Positions 1-10,810 of a DNA stretch of 53,942 bases are shown piece after piece. Below the pieces are notes generated by a model. That model had not been told where the DNA came from. It saw only the letters and a program-made list of their open reading frames with translations, and made no database searches. Position 1 is the stretch's first letter, and every line of letters starts with the position of its first letter. The DNA is from Desulfobulbus propionicus (GTDB lineage Bacteria > Desulfobacterota > Dissulfuribacteria > Dissulfuribacterales > DYOW01): positions 3,522-57,463 of the forward strand of contig DYOW01000003.1 in assembly GCA_020720325.1 (NCBI GenBank). Reading direction: 5' to 3'. Made by a program: the position numbers and the translations under genes.

Positions 1-130
1 TATGTTTCAAGGCTATATTTCAAAATATTTTCTTAATAAAAATTCTGTTTTTTCTTTGTTGTGATAACTTTTGTGGTAACAACACTGTTTACCTTTCTTT
101 TTTATAGTCATAACCACTTGATTTTATTAT

Positions 131-204
<74 letters not shown>

Positions 205-238
205 GTCATGTCTAATCTATTTTAAAAAATAAAAAAAA

Positions 239-2740
239 TCAAATGCCCTTTTTCAAAAAGTATTCCATTTTATGGGCAGGAACAGGTGGGCTGAAATAAT
301 ATCCCTGAATCTCATCACATTGTAATTCCTGAAGAAACTCAAGTTGTTCTTTTATTTCAACGCCTTCAGCAACGACTTTCAGTCCGAGACTTTTTGCCAT
401 TGCAATCATTGCGGAAACAATGCCAATGCTTTTATTATCAGAGGGATAATCCTTTATAAATGACCTGTCTATCTTTATTGAATCTATGGGAAGCTTATTA
501 AGATAATAAAAAGAAGAATAACCCGTTCCAAAATCATCAATTGAGAGTCTTATACCCATTTCTTTCAAAGAATTTATTAAATTTATTGCCTTTTCTTCAT
601 TTTCAATAATGGCGCTTTCTGTTATTTCAATCTCAAGAAGTTTGGGATTGACTGATGTTTCCTTAATTATTTCAAGGATAGTTTTATATAAATTTTCATC
701 CCTGAACTGTCTTGGAGAAAGATTTAAGGATAATTTAACATCATGTCCGGCTTCAGACCATTTTTTGATTTGTCTGCATGATTCCCTTAAAACCCATTCA
801 CCTATGGGTATAATAAGCCCGGATTTCTCTGCAAAAGGAATAAATTTTAAGGGAGGGATAATGCTTCCGTCAGGCTGCACCCATCTTATCAGGGCTTCTG
901 CGCCAGCTATTTTTTTTATATTCAAATTTATACGAGGCTGATAATGGAGGATAAAAGACCCCTCATTAATTGCCTTTCTTAAATTTGCCTCAAGGAACAG
1001 GCTGTCCCTTGCTAATTCATCAAGTCCCTGTGTGTAAAAATTATATCTGTTTCCGCCGCTTTTCTTTGCTTCATACATTGATATCTCAGCATTTTTAAAT
1101 AATGTCGAAGCATCCCTGCCATCATTGGGGAAACATCCGACACCGATACTGCCTGTTACAACCAGTTCCAGATTATCAATAACAAAAGGTCTTGAAAGCT
1201 CAGAGAGAATATGCTGAACAAGGTCAATAACATAAAAAATATCTTTATAGCCAGAGATAATAAAAGAAAAATTGTCTCCGCCTATTCTTGCTATGGTATG
1301 GTGATTATCAAGTAAACCCACAAGCCTTGTTGCAATCTTAGTAAGTAAATAATCCCCTTTTGTATGGGAAAGACTGTTGTTGATCCTCTTAAAATCATCA
1401 ACATCAAGGTTTAATACAGAAAGCGTTGTATTGTCTGACCCTGCTTTTTTTATTTCTACATCAAGTCTGTCAAAAAAAAGAGCGCTGTTTGGCAGTCCTG
1501 TCAGGGGGTCATAATTTTCTCTTACCCTGAGCTTTTCCTCCTGGGTTTTTAATTCTGTAAGGTCATGAAAAACTGATGCGTAATTGGTTACCCTTCCATT
1601 TACATCTTTAAGGGTGATAATATTAAGTATTTCAGGGTAAATCTCGCCGTTTTTTCTCCTGTTCCATATTTCGCCTGTCCATTTTCCTTTATTTTTTAAT
1701 TCTTCCCACATTTTTTTATAAAATGCCGGCTCATGCCTGTCAGATTTTAAGAGGGAAGGATTATTACCGATTATCTCATGAGGTTCGTAACCGGTAATGC
1801 GGGTGACAGCAGGATTTGCCATAATAATTTTTGAATTTTCATCGGTTATAATAACACCTTCTATGCTGTTGTTAAAAAGTTCAATAACCAGATTAAGCTG
1901 TTTCTGCGCAAGGGAAAAAAGGGTGATATCCTGAACAGTGCCCATCATTGACACAGGTTTGCCATTTATGTCATACTCAAGGTCTCCCTCTTCATGGACA
2001 TATCGGATATTGCCATCAGGTTGTGTTATCCGGCGCTCAACAGAATATTTTATGCCTTTTTCAACTGCGTTATTTACCGCATTTATAACCATTTCACTGT
2101 CGTCAGGATGGATAGACCGGAGAAAAAACGGATAACTTGGCTGTATCTTGTCTTTTTTATATCCAAAAATATTATAAACCTCATCAGACCATTTAAGCCC
2201 GCCTGTCTCAATATTCCAGAACCAATGACCTATTTTGGCCATTGATTGAGCCTTTTTATGGAGATTTAAATTAATTTGAAGCTCTTCTTCAAGATTTTTT
2301 TGTGTGGTTATATCCCTTCCAAAAACAAAAAGTCCTTTTCTGGTTCCGTCAGGATTAAAAACAGGTATTTTTATGATGTCAAAAATCTTTGTTGTTCCGT
2401 CAGGTTGTAAAATTTTCTCTTCACCCCGTGAAATATGACCTGCATTCCAAGCTATTTCATCGCTGTCTTCACAAGCAAGAAAGGCATCACGGTGAAAAAG
2501 AGAATATTCAGCAAGTTCGGAATCTTTTTTACCATAGTAATCCACATCTTCAAGCTGAAACATCTTAAGATCTGCCTTATTTGCCTCAAGCCACCTGCCT
2601 TCTCCATCTTTAAAACAAATTATATCAGGAACAGTATCAAGAAGGAGTTGTAGTCTCTCTGCTTTTTCCAGAAGGTTTTTAATCTTATCGGATTCCGTAA
2701 AGTCATCAAAATCTTTGGGAATCATTTTATATTTTTTCAA
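239..2740 (-). CDS. Multi-PAS sensor protein with degenerate GGDEF (GGDNF) and intact EAL domain (c-di-GMP phosphodiesterase type)
   Basis: 833-aa ORF with several PAS-like segments. The GGDEF position reads RIGGDNF. EAL signatures are present: EALIRW, DDFGTGYSS, EGVE, QGYYF. Confidence 0.85.
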   Translation of the reverse strand: MKKYKMIPKDFDDFTESDKIKNLLEKAERLQLLLDTVPDIICFKDGEGRWLEANKADLKMFQLEDVDYYGKKDSELAEYSLFHRDAFLACEDSDEIAWNAGHISRGEEKILQPDGTTKIFDIIKIPVFNPDGTRKGLFVFGRDITTQKNLEEELQINLNLHKKAQSMAKIGHWFWNIETGGLKWSDEVYNIFGYKKDKIQPSYPFFLRSIHPDDSEMVINAVNNAVEKGIKYSVERRITQPDGNIRYVHEEGDLEYDINGKPVSMMGTVQDITLFSLAQKQLNLVIELFNNSIEGVIITDENSKIIMANPAVTRITGYEPHEIIGNNPSLLKSDRHEPAFYKKMWEELKNKGKWTGEIWNRRKNGEIYPEILNIITLKDVNGRVTNYASVFHDLTELKTQEEKLRVRENYDPLTGLPNSALFFDRLDVEIKKAGSDNTTLSVLNLDVDDFKRINNSLSHTKGDYLLTKIATRLVGLLDNHHTIARIGGDNFSFIISGYKDIFYVIDLVQHILSELSRPFVIDNLELVVTGSIGVGCFPNDGRDASTLFKNAEISMYEAKKSGGNRYNFYTQGLDELARDSLFLEANLRKAINEGSFILHYQPRINLNIKKIAGAEALIRWVQPDGSIIPPLKFIPFAEKSGLIIPIGEWVLRESCRQIKKWSEAGHDVKLSLNLSPRQFRDENLYKTILEIIKETSVNPKLLEIEITESAIIENEEKAINLINSLKEMGIRLSIDDFGTGYSSFYYLNKLPIDSIKIDRSFIKDYPSDNKSIGIVSAMIAMAKSLGLKVVAEGVEIKEQLEFLQELQCDEIQGYYFSPPVPAHKMEYFLKKGI

Positions 2741-2754
2741 AAGATATTAAATAG

Positions 2755-3834
2755 TTAAATAGTTCTTGACAAGCTCTTTACAGGTTCGGAAGCAGGCTGA
2801 CCAAAATAAAATCCCTGGACATAATCAACGCCAAGATTGGATAAAATATCAAATTCCTCAATACTTTCAATTCCTTCCGCAATAACCCTGATATTATTTT
2901 CCTTTGCCACCTGAAGCAGGGCTTTTATAAGAGATTGCCTCAGATGATCAAGATGTATGTTTCTAATATACTGCATATCAATTTTAATATAATCAGGCTG
3001 AAGCTCCTCAAGCATTTTTAATGACGAATAACTGCTTCCAAGGTCGTCAAGGGCAGTTCCAAAACCCATTTCTCTGTAGAGGTCAAGGATGGATTTAAGA
3101 TGTTCTATATTAACTACCTTTTCAGACTGAATAACCTCAAAAACAATATTTTCAGGTTTAATATTAAATTTTTTAGCTGCTTCAAATGTTGTTGACAGAC
3201 ATTCCTTGGGGTCGTAAATAGAGTTAGGAATAAAATTTATAAAAATTTTTCTGGAAATATTATTTCTTGCCGCATTTTCAATGGACATTTCCCTTGCAAT
3301 CCTGTCAAGGTTAAACTGAAGATAAAGACTCTGGGCTTTGGTGAAAAGTTCAAACGGTGGTATGCTTTTTCCGTCTTTATTAATTCCTCTTGTCAGACAC
3401 TCGTATGCATGGATAGACTTATTTCTAAAATCAATAATGGGATGAAAAAAAGTAACAAGCTTTCTGTTTGAAATAATATAAAGAAGATCATCCGCTGAAA
3501 AGATATCCTCCCAGATCTTAAGATTTTTAAGTGAAAAAGCCATTGAAGGAGTTAATGTTTTTCCTGCAGGCGCTGGAAGAATAAAAATGTCTGACTTCTC
3601 AAGAACGGTTATTTCACTATCAGAAGAAATAACAGAGACAACTTCCTTAAGCTCTGAAGAAGATAAGAATAAAATATTGGTTTGAATCTTAAAATTAATA
3701 TTATTTCTTTGCAAAATACTTTCAATTTTAAAAAGGATATGCGGTATTTGACTTGAAATATAGATATCCGCAGGAGAATCAAAGACATTTTCAACCATAT
3801 TGCATCTTAAACATCCGTACATTTTTTTATCCAC
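2755..3834 (-). CDS. EAL-domain protein (ECL variant) with uncharacterised N-terminal domain
   Basis: 359-aa ORF. The C-terminal half has YECLTRG, DDLGSSYSS, AEGIE and QGFYFG. The first ~120 aa are not recognisable. Confidence 0.75.
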   Translation of the reverse strand: MDKKMYGCLRCNMVENVFDSPADIYISSQIPHILFKIESILQRNNINFKIQTNILFLSSSELKEVVSVISSDSEITVLEKSDIFILPAPAGKTLTPSMAFSLKNLKIWEDIFSADDLLYIISNRKLVTFFHPIIDFRNKSIHAYECLTRGINKDGKSIPPFELFTKAQSLYLQFNLDRIAREMSIENAARNNISRKIFINFIPNSIYDPKECLSTTFEAAKKFNIKPENIVFEVIQSEKVVNIEHLKSILDLYREMGFGTALDDLGSSYSSLKMLEELQPDYIKIDMQYIRNIHLDHLRQSLIKALLQVAKENNIRVIAEGIESIEEFDILSNLGVDYVQGFYFGQPASEPVKSLSRTI

Positions 3835-3977
3835 CCTGAGTTTTTTTTGTAAACTATAACTTTAAACCATAATAAATAAAAGTAAACATTGAAGGAAAAA
3901 AATTATTTTTATTGTTTCTGGTATCTTGTTCTTGCAACATGGGACAGAACAAAGTCCTGTCCCTGCAAATTTTATTA

Positions 3978-5561
3978 TTATATTCTTAAAGCAACAGCGC
4001 TTACTACTCCGTCCTGTTTCAACAATACATCAAGGGTATTCTGGGAAACTTCCTCATCTGTTGTAAGAAGTATGACATTTCTGCTGTTTCCTGAATCTTG
4101 ACCCACATGCATGCGGGCAATGTTATTTCCGCACTGGCCAAGGGTTGTTCCGATTGTGCCGATAACTCCCGGTTTATTTTCATTATAAATAAGAAGGATA
4201 TTGCCCTCAGGTATGGCGTCAAGGCTAAAATTATTTATCTTCACAAGTCTTGGCTCTTTTTTACCAAAAATTGAACCAATTACTGTATTTTCTTCTTTAT
4301 CTGTTTTAACAGTTATTGAAAGAAGGCTTGTAAACTCTTCAGTGGTCTCACTTTTTGATTCAGTTACCTTTATGCCTCTGTCCTTTGTGATAACCGGGGC
4401 ATTTACAAAATTAACATCATATCTGAGAAAAGGAGTTAAAATGCCCTTTAACACTGCAATTTTAATTGGAGCAGTGTCCTCACTTGCAAGTTCTCCAAGA
4501 TATGAAATAACAACTTCCTGAATAGGTCCCTGGGCAAACTGTGAAATAAATGATCCAAGCCTTTCACCAAGCTCAAGATAAGGTCCAAGTTTTGCTAAGG
4601 TTTCACCGCTTACTGAAGGAACATTAACCGCATTTCTGATATCGCCTTTTGTAAGATAATCTGCAATCTGTTTTGCGACTGCTGTGGCGACATTTTCCTG
4701 CGCCTCACGGGTTGAAGCGCCAAGATGAGGGGTGCAGATGAAATTTTCAAGGGAAAGAAGGGGATTGTTTTCAAGCGTGGTTGGCTCAACCTCAAATACA
4801 TCAAGGGCTGCGCCGCCAAGGTGACCGTTTGTAAGATATTCATAAAGATCTTTTTCGTTAATTATGCCTCCCCTTGCGCAATTAAGGACAATAGCGCCCT
4901 TTTTCATCTTTGCAAAGATGGAAGCATTTAAACAATGTTTTGTTTCAGGTGTTAAAGGCGTATGAACAGAAATATAATCCGCCCTTGCGCAAAGCTCATC
5001 AATTGTAACCATCTCAACGCCCATCTTCTGTGCAACCTCTGGAAGGGTGTAAGGGTCAAATGCAATAACCTTCATCTGAAAACCCTGGGCATATTTGGTG
5101 ACAATATTGCCAATCTTTCCTATTCCTATAATTCCAAGGGTTCTTCCATTCACTTCCTGTCCCATAAATTTTTTCTTTTCCCATTTACCCTGTTTCATTG
5201 AAGATGTCGCCTGTGGCAGATGTCTTGATATGGAAAGAATCATTGCCATTGTGTGTTCCGCAGCAGAGTTTGTATTACCGCCGGGGGTGTTCATCACCAC
5301 AATACCCTTTCTGTTACAAGCGGGAATATCCACATTATCAAGTCCTGTTCCAGCCCTTCCAACAACCTTTAAGTTACTTGCAACTGTCAAAAGATCTTCA
5401 GTGACCTTTGTTGCGCTTCTTACAACAAGACCTGCGATATCAGGAATAAACGACTTTAATTCATCAGGGGTCATGCCTGATTTTTCAATGACCTCCAAAC
5501 CTGCTTCCTTCAGTATATCGGAACATTCTTTTTCCACTGAATCTGATATTAATACCTTCAT
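3978..5561 (-). CDS. serA: D-3-phosphoglycerate dehydrogenase, long form with C-terminal ACT domain
   Basis: 527-aa ORF with a 2-hydroxyacid dehydrogenase NAD site (GIIGIGKIG) and catalytic-region motifs (NCARGG, TPHLGAST). The long C-terminal regulatory extension is typical of type-I SerA. Confidence 0.9.
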   Translation of the reverse strand: MKVLISDSVEKECSDILKEAGLEVIEKSGMTPDELKSFIPDIAGLVVRSATKVTEDLLTVASNLKVVGRAGTGLDNVDIPACNRKGIVVMNTPGGNTNSAAEHTMAMILSISRHLPQATSSMKQGKWEKKKFMGQEVNGRTLGIIGIGKIGNIVTKYAQGFQMKVIAFDPYTLPEVAQKMGVEMVTIDELCARADYISVHTPLTPETKHCLNASIFAKMKKGAIVLNCARGGIINEKDLYEYLTNGHLGGAALDVFEVEPTTLENNPLLSLENFICTPHLGASTREAQENVATAVAKQIADYLTKGDIRNAVNVPSVSGETLAKLGPYLELGERLGSFISQFAQGPIQEVVISYLGELASEDTAPIKIAVLKGILTPFLRYDVNFVNAPVITKDRGIKVTESKSETTEEFTSLLSITVKTDKEENTVIGSIFGKKEPRLVKINNFSLDAIPEGNILLIYNENKPGVIGTIGTTLGQCGNNIARMHVGQDSGNSRNVILLTTDEEVSQNTLDVLLKQDGVVSAVALRI

Positions 5562-5611
5562 TTTTTTCTCCTCTGAATAATAATTAACATAAATTATATA
5601 TTTATTTTTTA

Positions 5612-6748
5612 CTAATTCTGGGCAAAATATTCCAACGCCGCAGCCCCTGCCCTTCCAAGAATAATTGGATGACCAAGTTTTTTTAGCGCCCTTTCAATAG
5701 CGGATAATGCAATTATCATATCCCATTCACTTAAATAACCCATATGGGAAATCCTTACAATCTTGCCTTTTGCCTCTCCCTGACCACCAGCGATGGAAAT
5801 TCCGAATTCATCCCTTAAAATCTTATTTACCTTTTGTCCGTCAATACCCTCTGGCATTTTTATAACTGTCACAGCCTCGGAAAGAGATTTGGAATAAAGC
5901 TCAAGACCGGTTGCAATAACTCCCTGCCTTGTGCCCTCAGCAAGCCTTTTATGATGCAAAAACACATTTTCAAGTCCGCGTTCTTTCATTTCTTTAAGCG
6001 CGGTGGAAAGTCCGATTATAAGTGAAATTGCAGGGGTAAAGCTTGTTGTTTGCTTATTGTATGATTTTAATTCACTTTTTAAGTTAAAATAAAATTTGGG
6101 AAGATCGGATTTTTCAGCAAGTTTCCATGCCTTCTGACTTACGCTTATTGTGGAAAGACCAGGGGGAAGACCAAGGGCTTTTTGAGAGCCTGTGATAACA
6201 ACATCAAGACCCCATTCGTCTGTTTTTAATTCATATACGCCAAGGGCTGTGATTGCATCAATTATAAGGACAGTTTCAGGCATATTTTTTGTAATTTCCG
6301 CAATTTCTTTTACTGGTTGTTTGGCGCCTGTTGATGTTTCGTGCGCCTGCATAAAAACAGCTTTAACATCAGGATTTTTATCCAAAATATCCTTGACAGT
6401 AATAGAATCAACTGCCTCGCCCCATGTGACATCAATATCAATTGGAATCACCCCGAATGCATTACATAGCTCTGTCCATCTTTCACCGAATTTTCCTGCC
6501 CTTATGCATATTGCCTTATCACCTTTTGAAAGAAGGTTGCAAACAGCAGCCTCCATTGCCCCTGTGCCTGATGAGGCAAAAAACAGGACATTTTCATTGG
6601 TCTGATATAGATATTTCAGATTTTCCCTGACCTCTGTAAGAATTTCAGAAAACTGGGGCGTCCTGTGGTGCATTATGGGCATTGACATTGCCGAAAGAAC
6701 CGTAGGAGAGACCTCAACAGGACCCGGTGATATTATGTATCTTTTCAT
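5612..6748 (-). CDS. Class-V aminotransferase (serine-pyruvate/phosphoserine aminotransferase type)
   Basis: The ORF is open from 6763. I prefer the ATG at 6748 (MKRYIISPGP) because a GGAG lies 9 nt upstream. The sequence is a class-V PLP fold (SGTGAMEA..., ITGSQKAL lysine motif). Its position directly upstream of serA suggests the phosphoserine aminotransferase role. Confidence 0.75.
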   Translation of the reverse strand: MKRYIISPGPVEVSPTVLSAMSMPIMHHRTPQFSEILTEVRENLKYLYQTNENVLFFASSGTGAMEAAVCNLLSKGDKAICIRAGKFGERWTELCNAFGVIPIDIDVTWGEAVDSITVKDILDKNPDVKAVFMQAHETSTGAKQPVKEIAEITKNMPETVLIIDAITALGVYELKTDEWGLDVVITGSQKALGLPPGLSTISVSQKAWKLAEKSDLPKFYFNLKSELKSYNKQTTSFTPAISLIIGLSTALKEMKERGLENVFLHHKRLAEGTRQGVIATGLELYSKSLSEAVTVIKMPEGIDGQKVNKILRDEFGISIAGGQGEAKGKIVRISHMGYLSEWDMIIALSAIERALKKLGHPIILGRAGAAALEYFAQN

Positions 6749-6986
6749 CTTTATAAACTCCATAATTAAAATCTTAAAATAAAGAAAATATTATATAATA
6801 AATTATTATTTTTTCAAAATTATTTTTAATAAACTTTTAATAATTGTTTTTGGGCATTATTCCTTTTTTACTGTGACTGACAATTAATTTTGCGCAATTC
6901 TTGCTTTAAAAAAAAATTAATGTATTAAAATAAATAAAATTGGGATTCTATTTTTTAAAACTTATTTTTTTTTCATTTATTATTTT

Positions 6987-9900
6987 ATGAAGCCACTGAA
7001 TATTAAAATTTCTGCGCTCGTTGTTTTTTTATTAAGCTTACAGATTTTTTCGTTTTGCTGGTTAAAAAACGACCTTGATAAAAAAATAACAACAAGGGCT
7101 TCAGAACTGGAAAAATCCATTGAGAATGCCTATCAGGCAACTATTTTTACCTATAAAAACTGGGCAAACTTTGTTTATGCTCAAAATATAATGAACAATT
7201 ATGAAGTTCTTTCCTATCTTTATCAGGGTTTTGTTTATTCAGACAAACAAAGGGATGACGCAAGAAAAAACCTGCGCCATCTTCTGGAGCCTTTATATGA
7301 TGAATTATTAAAACAAAAATTTGCTCAGCTTCATTTTCACTTTCCTGACGGCACAAGTTTTTTAAGATTTCATGCCCCTGAAAATTACGGAGATAATATA
7401 TTTGATTTCCGTTATTCTGTAAAAAAGGCAAATATTGAAAAAAGCGCTGTTGACGGATTTGAAACCAGCAGACTTTTTAATGGATACAGATTTGTTTATC
7501 CTGTTTTTTATGGCGACCAGCATATTGGAAGTGTGGGGCTTAGCGTTTCTTGTGAGGCATTTAAAGAAAATTTTGCAATTTATGATCCCGGTGAATATGA
7601 CTTTATTATAAAAAAATCATCTTTAATCAATGCTATGCCAGAGGAAATGATTAATGATTATTATCTTCAAAGCAATATCCATAAAGATTACTTCTTTCAA
7701 AAAACAGAAAATCTTTCACAAAAAAATTACAATGAACACTTAGAACATATTGATCCTGCAACTATAAAAGAAATAATAAAAAATCTCAGAAACAAAATTG
7801 AACTGAAAATCAAAGACAATTCAAACTTCACCTTATTTACCAACCATGATGGAAACTATTATTCACTCACGCTCACATCCATCAAAGACATCCAAAACAA
7901 TCCTATAGCCATTATATGCCGTTTAAAAAGAGATAGTTTGATAAAAAGCTATCATATATTTTTTTACATAAATATTTTTTTTGTTTTTCTCTTTAACACA
8001 TTATTAATAATCTATTTTATTATTTTGGATAAAAACAGGCAAAAAGATATTAAACAAAAACAACTGCTTGAAACAACCCAAAAATATCTGCGGAATATCA
8101 CGGACAATATTCCTGACGCATTATTTATTCTTGATAACAATGGACAAATAATCCTTATTAATAATTCCTCAAAAAAAATATTCTCTGATGATGATTCTTT
8201 TTTTCTTAATAAAAATTTTTTTGATCTCTTCATTTGTCTGAAAAAAAAATATAACATAAAAAAAGAGGATTTTTTTAACAAAAATCATATTCTCTTTAAC
8301 ACAACCTTTGAGCTTTCACCTCTGATAAATCTTCATGAAGTTTTTTTATCGTTAAGGTTTATAATGCTTAATGAAGACACAAACAATATGCAGGCGCTGG
8401 CAATCATGTCTGATATTACAGAACATAAAAAAAATATTCAGAAGATTAATATATTTTCAAAACTTGTGGAACAAACCCCGCTTTCCATAATAATTACCGA
8501 TAAAAATACCAATATAGAATATGTAAACCCCAAATTTACCAGTGTCACCGGTTATAGCGACATTGAAGTCATGGGAAAAAACCCGAGCATTTTAAAATCA
8601 GGGTTTATTTCAAGGGAATTTTATAAAAATTTCTGGGAAACTATTTCCTCAGGAAAAATATGGATAGGTGAATTTCATAACAAAAAGAAAAACAAAGAGC
8701 TTTTCTGGGAGTGGGCAATTATTTTTCCAATAAAGAATGATACGGGTGAAATAACACATTTTGCTGCAATAAAAGAAGATATAACCGAAAAAAAACAAAT
8801 TAACGAGGTTTTGGAAAAAACAAAAAGCCAGCTTGAATTTCTTTTTGATAATCTGGCGATGGGTGTGGCAATAACAAAAGACAGGCTAATTTATAAGGTT
8901 AATAAAACAGTCCTTCAGATGTTCGGCTATTCCTCTCCTGACGAAGTTATTGGCAAAAGCACTGAGATTATATATCCCACACACGAGCAATTCTTAAGTT
9001 TTGGAAATAAATTTTTACCTGTATTATCAAAGGGAGAAATCTTTATTTCAGATGAATATCTCATGAAAAAAAATAAAGAAATGATCTGGACAAGACTCTT
9101 TGCAAAGGTAATAAATCCTGCAAACCCACAGGGAGGCGTTATGTGGCTTTTTGAGGATATTTCAGAGCAAAAAAAATTACAGGAAGAGCTTTATATCTCA
9201 CAAATGATTTCTGAAAAGGCAAACAGGGCAAAAAGCGAATTTCTTGCCAATATGAGCCATGAAATAAGGACACCCATTAATGCAATAATAGGAATGACAG
9301 AACTTTCTCTGGAAAAATCCACAGACCCTGAACAGGAAAACTATCTTAAGACAGTTATTGACTCCTCTGAATTTTTACTCAATCTGATAAATGAAATCCT
9401 TGATTTCTCAAAGATTGAGGCAGAAAAATACGAACTTGAAATAAAACCCTTTTCCTTAAAAACATTAATGGAAAAAATAATCGTGGGGCTTAAAGTTAAA
9501 GCAGAACAAAAAAATCTCAAATTACTCCTTGCTTTTGACCCTGAGCCTCTAAATTATCTATTGGGAGATTCGCATAACCTCACCAAAATTTTTATAAATA
9601 TCATAGGAAATGCCATTAAATTTACAGAATATGGTGACATAAGGGTTGATTGCGCCATATCCAATGAGAAAGATGACAGCCTTGATGTTATTTTTTGTGT
9701 AAATGATACAGGAATAGGCATACCTGAGGATAAATTACAGAATATTTTTGCTGCTTTTTCCCAGGCAGACCTTTCAATAACAAAAAAATTTGGCGGAACC
9801 GGACTTGGTCTCACCATAACCAAAAAACTCGTTGATTTAATGGAAGGCAAAATTACAGTTGACAGCAAGGTTGGCGCGGGAAGCTCTTTTTGTATTAAGA

Positions 9901-10805
9901 TACCTTTTCAAAAAGGAGAATTAATCCCAGATGAACCCGCAAGCGCTGAGCATAGCGAAAATATCATAACACAAGATGATAAAATATTTTTAAACAAACA
10001 AAACATTAAGATACTTATAGCAGAAGATAATAAGACAAATCAGGAGCTAATCAAAATTATTTTAAATAAACAGGGCATTAAGACAGATATTGCAAATAAT
10101 GGAATTGAGGCTCTAAAGTTATTGTCAACATCTGATTATGATATTATCTTAACAGATATTCAAATGCCTTATATGGACGGTCTCACTGCCATTGAAATAA
10201 TAAGGGCATTTGAAAAAGGCAAAAACCTTCATAATAAAGATATTAAGGATATTGAGGAAAAATTAAGAAAAAAATTAAAAAATAAACATACAGCCATTAT
10301 AATAATCACCGCTCATGCTATACAGGGCTATAAGGAAGAATGCCTCAAAAAAGGAGCTGATGATTGTATAACCAAACCAATCAGGAAAAAAGAACTCATT
10401 CAGGTATTGCAAAAATTTATAAAAAATGATATTCAGTCAGATATGAAAGAAAATAACATAGCTTATAATAATTCCTCTTCTATTAAAGAAAAAGTTACAA
10501 ATCATCTCAAAAGCTCATATGATCTTTCATCAGAACAAATTGACATGATACTTCAAAATTCTATCATAGCCTTGCGGGATTTATTGGACATCCTTAATAA
10601 TAACATTATAAGCAATGATTTTGAAAATATTTTTAAGACAGCCCACTCCTTAAAGGGTTCTTTATTAAATCTTGGACTTGATGATATTGCTGAAATAGCA
10701 AAAACAATTGAAATATCAGGCAAAGCAATGGATAAAAATACCGACTATCCGGGATTATATTCATCACTACAGGAAAATCTGCAATCATTTTTTAATGAGG
10801 AATAA
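6987..10805 (+). CDS. Hybrid sensor histidine kinase (periplasmic Cache-like domain, PAS domains, HisKA, HATPase, REC, HPt)
   Basis: 1272-aa ORF with an N-terminal TM and a Cache-like segment (LHFHFPDGTSFLRFHAPENYGD). It has an H-box SHEIRTPINAIIGMTEL, ATPase N/G boxes (GNAIKFT, DTGIGI, GGTGLGL), a REC domain (ILTDIQMPYMDG) and an HPt motif HSLKGS. Confidence 0.9.
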   Translation: MKPLNIKISALVVFLLSLQIFSFCWLKNDLDKKITTRASELEKSIENAYQATIFTYKNWANFVYAQNIMNNYEVLSYLYQGFVYSDKQRDDARKNLRHLLEPLYDELLKQKFAQLHFHFPDGTSFLRFHAPENYGDNIFDFRYSVKKANIEKSAVDGFETSRLFNGYRFVYPVFYGDQHIGSVGLSVSCEAFKENFAIYDPGEYDFIIKKSSLINAMPEEMINDYYLQSNIHKDYFFQKTENLSQKNYNEHLEHIDPATIKEIIKNLRNKIELKIKDNSNFTLFTNHDGNYYSLTLTSIKDIQNNPIAIICRLKRDSLIKSYHIFFYINIFFVFLFNTLLIIYFIILDKNRQKDIKQKQLLETTQKYLRNITDNIPDALFILDNNGQIILINNSSKKIFSDDDSFFLNKNFFDLFICLKKKYNIKKEDFFNKNHILFNTTFELSPLINLHEVFLSLRFIMLNEDTNNMQALAIMSDITEHKKNIQKINIFSKLVEQTPLSIIITDKNTNIEYVNPKFTSVTGYSDIEVMGKNPSILKSGFISREFYKNFWETISSGKIWIGEFHNKKKNKELFWEWAIIFPIKNDTGEITHFAAIKEDITEKKQINEVLEKTKSQLEFLFDNLAMGVAITKDRLIYKVNKTVLQMFGYSSPDEVIGKSTEIIYPTHEQFLSFGNKFLPVLSKGEIFISDEYLMKKNKEMIWTRLFAKVINPANPQGGVMWLFEDISEQKKLQEELYISQMISEKANRAKSEFLANMSHEIRTPINAIIGMTELSLEKSTDPEQENYLKTVIDSSEFLLNLINEILDFSKIEAEKYELEIKPFSLKTLMEKIIVGLKVKAEQKNLKLLLAFDPEPLNYLLGDSHNLTKIFINIIGNAIKFTEYGDIRVDCAISNEKDDSLDVIFCVNDTGIGIPEDKLQNIFAAFSQADLSITKKFGGTGLGLTITKKLVDLMEGKITVDSKVGAGSSFCIKIPFQKGELIPDEPASAEHSENIITQDDKIFLNKQNIKILIAEDNKTNQELIKIILNKQGIKTDIANNGIEALKLLSTSDYDIILTDIQMPYMDGLTAIEIIRAFEKGKNLHNKDIKDIEEKLRKKLKNKHTAIIIITAHAIQGYKEECLKKGADDCITKPIRKKELIQVLQKFIKNDIQSDMKENNIAYNNSSSIKEKVTNHLKSSYDLSSEQIDMILQNSIIALRDLLDILNNNIISNDFENIFKTAHSLKGSLLNLGLDDIAEIAKTIEISGKAMDKNTDYPGLYSSLQENLQSFFNEE

Positions 10806-10810
10806 TCTAC

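Noticed and set aside
6841-6930. Looked for a sigma-54 (TGGCAC-N5-TTGC) promoter upstream of the hybrid kinase and the pilin-like gene.
   Set aside because: The closest strings (TGGGCATTATTCC, TGCGCAATTCTTGCT) have wrong spacing or lack the GG/GC dinucleotides at the required positions.
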